Source of the DNA: Yuukianura sp. NJ FZ-2021
Taxonomy: Eukaryota
Assembly: GCA_046563655.1 (NCBI GenBank)
Contig: CM102283.1
Location: 3,224,001-3,288,000, forward strand
Direction of reading: 5' to 3'
Length of the DNA: 64,000 bases
In this document: positions 12,633-24,300 of the stretch, one piece after another
How the letters are laid out: each line of letters begins with the position of its first letter
Position numbering within the stretch: position 1 is the first letter of the stretch
The notes under the pieces: generated by a model
The model's input: the letters and a program-made list of their open reading frames with translations, nothing else
What the model was told of the DNA's origin: nothing
Databases searched by the model: none
Program-made: the position numbers and the translations under genes

Positions 12633-14684
12633 TTAGAAAAAGTCGGCAGCCTTCCTTCGTGAAGCAGCGTCAGCATCCGGTTTGGCGGGAAGACTGAGAA
12701 GCCCATCGGTTGTTAGGGTTGGCGGACGATTGGATCTGTTTGAGCCACCGGAACTGGAGCTAGGTGTCTTGGCTTTGTTTGCCAACCCTGACAACGGAGT
12801 GCCCGAGGGTGTCCGGAGTCCACTTCTGGACGAAGATCCACCAGGAGTTCTGGAACCATCACGTTTTGGAGTGTATGAATTCCTAAGAGCTTCATCTGAC
12901 GAGCCAATGCGAGAACCGAAGTGTGATTTGGCGAATTTCTGAGCGGCAGGAGTCATGGAATTCAGCTTTTCGATCCCGCGTTTGAGCCCACTCGGTGAAG
13001 GTCTATAAATCAAAATCAAATAAACGTCAGAAAGTCGTTCTTGGAATTGGGAAATGTTTTTTTTAACTTACGTTGTCAAGTGTGATCTGGCTGCTTGCAT
13101 AGCCTTTAACTTCTTGTCGCGATAGCGGTGACTCACTTTTTCAGCCAATTCGATTGCCAGTTTCTCACGTTTTGACTGTTCAAATATTTTGTACGGTTTT
13201 GTAGAAGAAGCAGAAGGAATCGGTGTATCTCCAGCGTCCAGTCGAAATGGCGTTCCCTCTATCTCTCCCCAGGTCATAAACGGTGATTCTCCAGGTCCTG
13301 CGCCTATAATAACCAAAAATACAGCAATCAGCTGATTATTTAAACTTATTTCTTGAATTTCCGTGATTAGCGAATCAATTACCAGGAGTTGGTGATGGAG
13401 TTCGAACATAAGAGAATCCGTTGACCTTCGGCGTGGAACTTTCAATCTCCTTTCCATCGACACCGATTTTTCCTTCGCTTGGTTTGAATAGCTTGACTAG
13501 CGGTCCTGGTGTTTCCTGCGATCCACTTGCTGAAGAAGAATCTTCTTTAAACGGAGTTTTCTTGAATCGAGTATTGGCAAAAACGACTCCAGCTTGTTTC
13601 TTGGCCAGTTCCACTTCTTCGGCAGCTGATAAAGGGACTCCTAGACAGAACAAAAAACGTTAGGAACAAGAATTATATCAAACGATGAGAGTATGAGACG
13701 CAGGTCATGTCAACGTACCGTCAGGAACATACATGACATAGTTCTTGGTCTTGTAGCCCCAGGTTTCGACGTCCAGTGGACGCTTATACTCTGCTGCTTG
13801 TTCCTCGATCGTCGGTACAACTGTATTCGAAAGCTGCTTCTGAGCAGCTGATGCTTCTGTGTCATACAACCAAGAATACTGAAAAACAAAAAAAAATTCA
13901 CAAACTTTAAGAAAATTATGTTAATCAGTCGAAATTTTAGAATAAATACCGAAGAAATTTCAAAATACAGGAGAAATACTGGAATTACCTTCACTCTGTG
14001 CTTTCGTTCTGCCTCTTCCATGAAATCCTGAAAGCTCTGGTTGTCTTCACTTGTATACGTATTGAGATAATCGTTTAGACTCATATCACTAGGATCGTTA
14101 GACTTGGCTTTCTTCTTAGAAGATACTGAAGCACTATCATCATCAGCAGTTGGAGGTTCTTCCATCGGTAGATGTGTAGGACTTCCTGATACTGATGAAC
14201 CTGGTGTGGCTGTAGCTTTTCCTTGTATGTCAATTGGAGTTTCAAAGGTACTGGGAGTCTCCAGTGTGTTTCCGGACTTTGTACTGCGTGGAGTCCTCTT
14301 TCCGAAGCTGTACTTGGAATACAATTCACGCAGCATATGGATGTCGTTGGTCGCAAGGGCATTGAGATATGCATTCTGAGCGTTCAGTTTCTCCAAATCT
14401 GGAAAGTAGTCTCGTTCAATAATCTTTTCCAGGTGCTGCAAATTGAACCAAATCATTAATTGACTAATCCAGAAAGTAGCTTTACATAAGTAAATCAAAT
14501 CAATCGTTAATCAACTTACCACGGCGTACTTATCTTCTTCCAGAACAATTCGTTTCTTTTTCTTAGGAATCGATGAAGGAGTTTTGAATTCCACAAGGGC
14601 TGTGCTCGTACTCTTCCCAATCTCTGCTAACTCCTTCATCGCTGGCGAAGACAAGGTACTCGTAGGAGTAATCGGTAACTCCAT
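12633..14684 (-). CDS. ESS2: Splicing factor ESS2/DGCR14 (Es2)
   Basis: LEKIIERDYFPDLEKL, YLNTYTSEDNQSF, VNGFSYVRTPSP, SPFMTWGEIEGTPFRLD, MTPAAQK, LRNSYTP, and C-terminal AADFF. Confidence 0.92.
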
Positions 14685-15558
14685 TGATGAATCAATTGAT
14701 TAACTAATTCAAATTAACTAATTAATCACAAATTAATCAACAAAAACATTTCTTTTTGAATTTGAAAAGTGAAAAGTTTTCGCATTTAATTTAGTGAACT
14801 TCCAATTTTAATTTTCATTTCAAATGAAAAATTTTCCCACGCTTACTTTTCGAATTGTGCAGATAGCGTCGTGTCACTCTTATGAGCACGAAATTTTGCA
14901 AAATCAACTGGAAATTGAAAATTTTGAACTTTCCGTTTATTTTTTTTTTTTAAATGTTCTACTTTCACAAAAAGTTGTAACATAGTTAAAATATACTATA
15001 TTTAAATCAAAAGGCGAAAAATCTATATAAAATTAAACCCAAACACATACCTACCTTACTAATTAAGCTTCCACAACAGGTTGTTCAATTGGATTTAACG
15101 TTTTGTAAGCAGGTTAATTACTTTCTTCACTCATTTTCCACAAATTTTGACATCCAAATGCCGAACTTACGAAAAAATCAAAGAACATTACTCTTCATGA
15201 TCATAAAAAGTGAAGAAAGTGTGTTAAATGAAAAGCAACTTCAGAAGGAATTTCGCACCTCAAACAAAAAACTACTGAAGAAATTTTCAAAAAAAACCGG
15301 TTACGCGTGCTGTTTAACTTTCAATTCATCAATGCGTCGTTACACTGAAATTAAAAATTTAAAATAATTAACTTAACTTTCTGTTTTTAAAGCGGATTGG
15401 TCATAAAAATTAAAATTCTGGTGACTGTATTTCCACGATTTTGTCATTTCACTTTCAGTTTCAATTGTGAATTTGGGCCTCATAAAACTCCAAGTTTTAG
15501 TCTCTTAAATTTTTTCAATTCAAAACACAAGACATTTTTCAAAAACGGTTTTTAAAAA

Positions 15559-16191
15559 ATGAAGTTTTTGAAACAAGCGGGCTTCGTTATTTTGGCTGCA
15601 ATTTCAATTTTAACCACTCATGGCGGTGTTGCCAAAAATCTTAGAAGAGAACAGGCGCCTCGTCACGCTTTCCGAAACAACCGGGATCGATTCCGACCAG
15701 CACTTGAACCGAAACACTCCGAATTCGGTTCGGTTCAACAGCAGCACGCAAGTACTCAGCCAGTTGTAGTTGAGAAGCAAGATGACGAAAAAGTTCAAAC
15801 GAGTGGAGAAGAGCAAGCAGCAACAGAAGCACCGCAATGGCGACCTGTCGCTCAAGCGTGGTTCGATTTTTCAGCGTTCCAGCTCATTTTGCTTCCAGCT
15901 CTCCTCGTAACGCTGGGATTTTTTATACTTGCGGGCTTGTTCACTCTTTTTTTTTCTTTGCGCTCGAAATACCTGGCAAATCGGGGCTATTATGGCAACT
16001 ATGTTGGCTACAACGGGCTTTTCGGCAACAACGATGGCTACTTTGGCAACAATGCTGGATTTTTTGGCACTGGGGTGGGAGAATTTTACTTGGGCAAAAG
16101 TGGTACAGGCATCATGAATGCACTTACGAAAAAAGTTCTGGACGGAATTGACGCATTAAACGAAGAAATTCAACAACAAAAGGTTGACTAA
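15559..16191 (+). CDS. Intronless orphan protein: signal peptide, TM helix, Gly/Tyr-rich tail
   Basis: 210-aa ORF with hydrophobic N-terminus, LILLPALLVTLGFFILAG, GYYG/GYFG repeats and LTKKVLDGI. AATAAA lies downstream. Confidence 0.7.
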   Translation: MKFLKQAGFVILAAISILTTHGGVAKNLRREQAPRHAFRNNRDRFRPALEPKHSEFGSVQQQHASTQPVVVEKQDDEKVQTSGEEQAATEAPQWRPVAQAWFDFSAFQLILLPALLVTLGFFILAGLFTLFFSLRSKYLANRGYYGNYVGYNGLFGNNDGYFGNNAGFFGTGVGEFYLGKSGTGIMNALTKKVLDGIDALNEEIQQQKVD

Positions 16192-16995
16192 ATCAAAACG
16201 AAGTCGGCAAGTTTAACTTCAAGTGCCAGGTATGAACAGAGACAAATAAAAATAAAAACATAAAATAAAAGAACTGGAAAGAAATTGGCATGAAATTAAA
16301 AGTTTTGATTACAGACTTCGTCGGAAGTAAAAACAAAATTTTCAGCCAACAATCAATTGTCGGGATTGCCGATGCATCGGGGACTGATTTGGGAGCATTT
16401 TAAAATTAAGTTATTTTCTTGTTATTTTTTTAAATGTCAATGCAGAATTCATTGTTAAAATTTTATTTTGTATGCTTCGTGTTGTTTTTGTTTTAGATAC
16501 GGTTCGAATGTGTTTCGAATGCTAAAATATTGTCGAAAAATTGTTCAAAACTTTTGTTTTCAAATTTCAGAAGCTTTCACTGCAATTTCGCTTAGTTCAA
16601 CTTTTTAAGTTGTGGTCCACTTTCAAAGCTAATTGCAACTTGGTTTTTGTTTTACCTTGCAGCCAAATAAACACACCAAATGTAAACTCGATTTGAAACG
16701 ATCAATGTTGATCAAACCGGTTTCACTTTCAAATTTAGTTTGCAATTTTGAACTTTCACATTCACCCAGTTTTTTCCTGTATTTTGCACACATTTTCCCA
16801 TGTAGAAAAAATTACACAGACAATGTAAAAATTTAAGTCTTGGAAAATCTCAGTTTTAAACTCGTCTTTTCTCTAAACTCGACAATAGTTCACTACTGCA
16901 AGTGACCAAGGTGTGACCTAAACCAAAATTTTTAGTTTAAATTTCGCAACTTCTTCGATCTTCCAACTTCCGAATTTCCTAAATTATTTATCAAA

Positions 16996-17691
16996 ATGTA
17001 TACTAGATTCACCATATTTTTCATAGTAGTGTTTCAAATTTTACTCCAACCATCCTATGCCGAAGTGGAGACAAGTTCCAAAGAAATGGCTGGAAAATCC
17101 TTACCCCATTTGGACTTGGCGCTGAAATCCTTAAGTGGAGTAGTGACCCCGCGTGACCCCTTGACCTCCCATGACCTTCCGACGTCCCGTGAGCCTAAGA
17201 AGCTCGAAAAGAAACAATCTGACCGTAGACATGACTATGGCGAACATTCAAACGTCGAAAGCGTCAGCACATCCAGCAGCGACGATGAAGGTCACGAGAG
17301 TAGTAGCACCGGAATCAAAGAAAAGTCGGAGGGCGGAGTCAAAGAGGGATTCGCTCTGGGCTTTCCAGTGCTTTTCCTTCCAGCCCTCCTACTGGCTCTG
17401 CTGTACGTCATCTGGGCTGGATCCTACTCGTCATACAACTACCACAACAACTATCCAGGCTCTTATGGCATCAAAGGTGGATCGGCTGTTGGGTTTGGTC
17501 ACTATGGTAACGGTGGTCAAGGTCACGGTCACGGTGGTCCAGGTCACGGTGGCCACGGTCCATCGTGGAGAAAGACTGACAGGGTAGGTGGCAAGGTCAA
17601 TGTCACTCAGCAAGTGGACCAACTCACACCACAAGTTTTGAGCAGCATTCACAAAGTAAAGACACGAACACTGTTCATAAAAAAATATTAA
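16996..17691 (+). CDS. Intronless orphan protein, probable distant paralog of 15559-16191
   Basis: 231-aa ORF with signal peptide, VLFLPALLLALLYVIWAG, Gly/His/Tyr-rich tail and LTPQVLSSI. Confidence 0.7.
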   Translation: MYTRFTIFFIVVFQILLQPSYAEVETSSKEMAGKSLPHLDLALKSLSGVVTPRDPLTSHDLPTSREPKKLEKKQSDRRHDYGEHSNVESVSTSSSDDEGHESSSTGIKEKSEGGVKEGFALGFPVLFLPALLLALLYVIWAGSYSSYNYHNNYPGSYGIKGGSAVGFGHYGNGGQGHGHGGPGHGGHGPSWRKTDRVGGKVNVTQQVDQLTPQVLSSIHKVKTRTLFIKKY

Positions 17692-18333
17692 ACTTTTTCA
17701 AAAATTATATTTGATTTTTGTTTTGAAAATTTTTTTTTCAGTTACCACTTCCATCCAAACTGCGGAGTGCGTAAAAATTGCGTCCAAAACCTTGTTCCAG
17801 ATTCTTCTTCTGAAAAAAACACTCAAAAAATGTTACTCAAAGCTACTTTTTACAAATTATTAATTTATAAATTTTAATTATTTTACAATTACAAATTTCC
17901 TTTTTCAACAATTTATTCCCATAATTTTTTTTTGAAACATTTTTTTTGTTCTCTTATTTTTTTAATATTACTTAAAAAAAAACTTATTTTCTGCCTAAAA
18001 AGGGCCACTGCTGCTTTTAAACTGAAATTCAAAATTTCAAACTTCGAAATTTGAACAAAAACAGAGAAAAGAAGAAACACTAATTTTTGAAGGCGAGCAA
18101 AGAACAAAAAACACAAAAGTTAAACTAAAACAAAAACTTTAGACCTTTCCGTTTTCATTTTCAGACCACAATGTGATTTTCAACTTTTCACAATTGAAAC
18201 TTTTTTTTTCAAAATTGTACAATTTCAAAAATTATTTTTCTATGATTCAAATTATATTAGACCAAAATTCGTTTTCATTCTTTTTGTGTGGATGAGGTTA
18301 TGGCCAGTAAATCGACTTTTGTTTGGTGGCTTT

Positions 18334-21300
18334 TTAGTCAAGGTCGTCCGTAAACGATGGTCCTTTGGGCGGAGTGGGTTTCGACTCAGAACCAGGCGGT
18401 GGGCCTCCGGCCCCACCAAACGGCCCACCAGCCCCACCAAATGGTCCGCCGGCCCCACCAAATCCACCCATACCGCCTCCGAATCCTCCGGGCATTCCCA
18501 TTCCTCCGCCAACCCCCATCTTCTCTTGCATCAACTTCATGAGTTTCATGACCTTCGGATTATTTTGGTACTTGATGAAATTCATTGGATTGCTCGTGAT
18601 GTCCGCAAAGGCATTAGCGACCTCTGTAAAAATTTAAAAATTTTCAAAATATTTCCAAAATTTTCAAAATCTGAAACCAGTGTTCACTAGGGTCACTCAC
18701 CAGGGTCACTAAACAGTTTCAAAACTTCTGGATCTCCAAGAAGTTTGTCGAGTCCAGGAATTCCTGCTCCTCTGCCACCAGCCCCACCGGGCATTCCAAA
18801 GTTCCCGCCATCATCATCATCGTCATCGTCGTCCATCGTTGGTGGATTGGCTTTAGCTTGAGCATGAGCACGCATGCGTTCCTGTGCCAATCGCTTCCGG
18901 CGCTTCAAATCCTTCTCCTCATCATGACGAGCTTTCCGAACCTGCCATTCCTCAACCTTCCGGGCCTAAAAACAGAAAAAAAAAACGAAAATCAGTTTAG
19001 AAAAAAATGAAAAGTCCGAAAACCAGTTCAGAAGATTCCAAAAATACAACAAACAAAAAGTTACAGAAATCCTGCATTCCGATCCCGAGCTCTGAATTCA
19101 CTTTTTAATTTCAAACTCAAGATTCTTTTTTGATATCAAAATTCATTTTCGAAATCTTTCATGTCATCTTTCATAAAAAAATCTTCACATCTCATCTCTA
19201 GTTCACCGTTTTCGGAAGCTAAGACTTTGATCTAAGAAGTTAAGACATTCGGTGTGACTCGGAACACACTCGGAAATGGAAAAGTGGACCACGGAACCAT
19301 TTCCAAAGTGACACCGTGGAACCTCCTAAACCAAAATCCCAAAAATTCTGAAATCACGTCGCCCGGGTATGTTTCTTTAGATTTGCCTTCTAGCCTTCCT
19401 CTTTTTCGAAATGAGCCAAAAATATGTCGTTGGCCAACTGACAACTCCAAGCATTTCATTTCCCTCTCCGAAGTGACGAAGACGACAGACGAGACGGTGG
19501 GACGGAGCGGAGCAGTGCACTCCGAATTCAGATCTCAGCCTCCGACATCCAAAAAAGAACAACGAAACTATTTGAGTCCACTCCATCCAACATATCTCAC
19601 AGTCCACAACTTCCCCACACAAATTCTACACTTCAGAACCTGTGAAGTGCATGTAGTTTCTCTCTGTCAACTTCCAGAATTTGGGACACCGTTTTCATGA
19701 CGAAAATTTCCAGGAATTTTTAAATTTTCAAACTCCCGGCTCCACTTCGAGTGATTTGTGCCAACGAAATGAGAACTCTCTGGGTTCTAATCCTCTTTGG
19801 ATCACTCATCATTCATCATTGCTTCACGACAACCTCAGGTAAACTAAACTTTAGTTAAAGTTAATTCTTAGTTAAAGTTAACCTAGTTTTTAAAAGTTGC
19901 CGTTTTTCAAGTTATCTCAAGCTGAGATATTCTGAATTCCCAATGTTGCCATTTTTCGTTATCTCAAGGTTGCTTTTTTTCTTTGATTTTACAATGTTGC
20001 CGTTTTTGTTATCATCCCAAATTTAGATATTCCGAATTTCCAACGTTGCCAATTTTTTTTATATCCGCCATTGCTCTACATTTGAATCTCTTTAAAAAGG
20101 GCAAAGATGCAAAAAAAAGTTTCATTTTTGCACTTTCGGAATTTTTATCTGCTTGTTGCAGTTTTCACTCTTCTGCTTTTCATCTCTATCTCCAATTTTT
20201 TAAGTTCAAGTTGAGGTCTTGACGTGCAGAAAAGTAATAAAAGCATACCATAAGCCGGTCAATGGCAACCGAAAATCCATACCACATGCCCAAAAAACTA
20301 AAAAATTTTGATTGAAAATTTGAACAATACTTAAACTCCCCTTAAGCAAACCATTTCCATTAAAACGTCAAATGTACAAGACAATACAGTGCATTCGGAA
20401 AGTTGTGAAGACGGTAGTGATGCTGGAGGAAGATAGTAAAGTGTTGTAAAGATATTTATGGCATGTTAGCTCATTCCATGCCCTTTGCAAAACTCCAATA
20501 GAATCCTTGGTTCTGAACTTAAAATAGAGATCCATTTGAACAAAAATAAACTGTCAAGGAATACGTTTTTAGTTTCGGCATTAGGAAAGCTGAGCTCCAC
20601 AAAAGTCAGCCCACAGGGCACCTGTACCAAAACGCCTAACCTAATTTTAACACAAACTAAAGCAATGGAACAAATCTTTGAACAGCATCCTTTCTCCCCC
20701 GGCTTACAATATTGGATACTTGCCAATTGGGACTCTCGCTGTTTCAAATTTTTTTTTTTTAAATTCCAACTCCAGCACCTAGATTTCAAAGTCCAAAATT
20801 TCAATTCCAAAGTTCCAAATATTAAATTAACTAGCAAGAAAAATTTTTTCCGATGTCCACAAATGATATTAGAATTTAGGATAATTGAGAAATTGGGGCC
20901 CCAGCACGCCTAGCTCCATAAAACTGGTAATATATAAAATCGTTTCTTTGTTCATATTTGACCGGCCACTTGACTTCCACCATGGACGGCACTTTTGAGA
21001 TTATGACCATCCAAAAAATGTTGAATCCGAAAAATCGGAATTTTGAAAATTTTGACCTTTGACCTCATTTTTGCCAAGGTGAAGCAGTTCCTACGACCAA
21101 AGAAGCTCAACCGTCCTATTCCGACTGCAAACCTTATGTAGACGCCGCTCTCAAGGGGGATATTCCCACCGAAGCTCCGCCCCCTGCTGACCCCGCTGAC
21201 CTCAATGAAGTAGCTGACGAAACCTCTGATTCTGATGAAGATGCTCACAAATCCACCGCAGACGAACACCACGACGACTCTTCCTCTGAAGAAGACGAAC

Positions 21301-24300
21301 CGCACAAAGGTTATACATTTTTAATTTCAAACTTTCCCCCCTCTTTTGTTTAAAATTCAAAGTTTTCCCACCGCTTTTGTTCAAAATTCAAAGTTTTCCC
21401 ACCACTGTTGTTTAAATTTCTTAGTTCACACTAAATATTTAATTCCTTAAGCCCCTGCTCAATCCTCTGAAGAAGATGATACGGAAGAACCTGAAATCAA
21501 CGGGCTAGAAGTAGACGAAGACGAAGAAGATGAAAAGGCTGCCGTAGCGGATCAAGCGTCTTCCGAGGAAGATGTTGCCCCACCGCAGCCACCACCGACT
21601 CCACCAAAAGTAAAACAACAACCACCGCCAGTTCAACAGAAGCCCAAAGCTGAAGAAGGTAAGGTACGCTCAATCAATCAACATCCGCTTGAGCCACTTT
21701 CCAGCCAAAACTTAAATAATTTTGGTGGGAACTTCAAAAATTTAAATTTTGGTGGGAACTAATTGTTCAGAGCCTTCCGAAGAAGACGACTCAGAGTCAG
21801 ACGAAGGAGATGGTGGGCAAGGAGCTGAGTCGAATCCGGCTCCAGCGACTGCTCAACCAAACAGAGCCGCTCACCATTCTGTGGCCAAAGACGCTCACGA
21901 ATCCGCTCCACCTCGATCCGCTCCATCACCTCCACCACCCGAAACCAACAAACATAAAAAGAATTCGAATCCAGCCAAAGGTTTTCAAAAATTTTAGAAT
22001 TAACGCAACTTTCAGATTTCCAACTTAGATTTTTTTTTAAATCTTGAAAATTCTGTTTTTTTTTCTCAAAGAAACAAAAGCAGAAGTGAAGGCAGAGCCA
22101 GTCCCGGAACCAGAATCGGAGGAATCGGTAGAAGAAATCATCGTCAAAAAAACCGAAAAACCAAAAGAAAAGCCCAAAAAAGTTGCAGATGAAGATGACG
22201 ATGATTCTGCCGAAGATGTAAAAAACCCACCAAAATCCGAATCCAAAAAATCCGAAACAGAATCCAAAAAACCGGCACCAAAATCCAAAAAGGTAGAAGA
22301 CGATGACGATTCAGAAGAAGAACATACTAAACCTAAGAAAAGCGGAAAGTCCAAAAAAGTAGAAAGCGAGGAAGATGACGATGACGATGCATCGCCCGAA
22401 GAAATCAAAACCAAACATAAGAAATCTCAGAAAAAACCAGCAAAAGAATCGGCAGAAGAAGATGATGATGATTCCGACGAGCAAGTAAAAGCAAAGAAAA
22501 CGGAAAAAACTAAATCGAAAGAAAAAGAAGGAAAGGTGAAGGTCAAAACTCCTGCTAAAAAAGATGAAAGTGACGAAGATGACGATGACGATGACATTGT
22601 ACATGTCCAAAAAGACTACGAACCGAGATCCAGAGACAACTTAAATCGGATTTTGGGGTTGGACGACACGACTGATTTGAAACAAAAGAACAATTTGCTG
22701 GACAAAGTGACACAACAGACTCTCAAGGAACTCAAAAGCATTTACGAGTATGCAATCAAACCACTGGAAACGTTGTACAAGTACCGTGATTTGAGTAACA
22801 GACACTTCGGAGGTAACATTTTTCAACAAATTTCAGAAAGCAATATTTTTCCAAAAAACTTCATAATTTTCATAATTTTGAAATTTCATATTTCCACAGA
22901 TCCAGAAATATTTTCTAAACCGATGGTTGTGTTCATGGGACCATGGTCAGGCGGAAAGTCAACAATCATCAACTGGCTGCTCGGAATACAAGATGACGAG
23001 CATGCTTTGAGGACAGGTATTGAAATCACACAACTTACCATGACCTTTGACCTCTGATGACCTTTGACCTCTGTTGACCTTTTAGGTGCTGACCCATCCC
23101 CAGCTCAATTCAACATTCTAATTCACGGAAACGAAGAGGAGGTTCTGGACGGAACTCAGCTGGCAGCAGACTGGACATTCTCCGGTTTGCAAAAGTTCGG
23201 ACAATCTTTTCTGGACAGACTCCGTGGACGGAAGTTGCCTAACAGGCTGTTGGAGAAGGTAAGTTCTCTTTGGTCAACTGAATCCATAATCCACAATACT
23301 GAATCCATAATCCACAATACTGAATCCATAATCCACAATACCGAATCCATAATCCACACGAATCCAGAAGGTCAAAGGTCAAGGTCACCCGTCCAGGCAG
23401 ACACTGAAGCTGGAGGAAGTCTACCTGATCGGTTCCTGTCTGAATGAGTTATTTTAAACAAATTCTCCAGTAGCCTGTTAGGCGGACTTCCTGCCAGAAA
23501 ATCATCAAAATTTAAAACTGGACAAACAAGGAGGAAATCCAAAATGGAATGGAAAATTTTGAAAAACTATGAAATTTTTTTTTTGAAATAAGTCTTTTGA
23601 CCTCAGGTCAACTTAGTTGAAATCCCGGGAATTCTTGAGATTCGAAAACAAGTTGAGCGGTCATTTCCCTTCAACGACGCCTGCCAATGGTTCATTGACC
23701 GCGCAGACGTACTTTTCCTGGTCTACGATCCTGCCAAACTGGACATTGGACCAGAAACAGAAGCCATCTTGGATCAACTCAAGGTAAACTATTCTGAAAA
23801 TTCAAAATTTCGAAAAGTCTCAAAATTTGAAAAATCTTCTAGGGCCGTGAAAGCCAAGTTAGAATTGTTCTGAACAAGGCCGATACAGTGAAACCCGACG
23901 AATTGCTCCGAGTTCAGGCAACGCTCATTTGGAACATCAGTCCTCTCATGGCCAGCGCTGAACCACCAGTTCTGTAAGTCTTTCAAAAAGTTGAAAAACC
24001 GCATTTTCAAAAAAAAAAAATCAAATTTTTCAAAAAAAAAAAAAAAATCAAAAAACGCGAAAAATCTTATATCTAACAATGTTAGGTACGTCGCCTCTCT
24101 GTGGGATCATCCGCTACAACCCGAAGCCCCTGCCTCTTTGCTCAATGCTCACGAAACGCTGTTTCTAAAAGACATTAGCGACGCGACGCTTAAGCGCGTC
24201 GAAACCAGAATCGCTGCTGCTAGACGCTTCGCCGTTCGCGTTAGAAACCACGCCAAAATGTGTGACTGCTACCTCAACACCTACAACAACCACAGATCCT

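Noticed and set aside
19254-19700. 148-aa ORF upstream of sarcalumenin
   Set aside because: Non-ATG start and no recognisable motifs; likely promoter or UTR sequence.
20466-20913. Overlapping 123-aa and 142-aa ORFs
   Set aside because: They lie within sarcalumenin intron 1, have AT-rich low-complexity translations and lack splice support.
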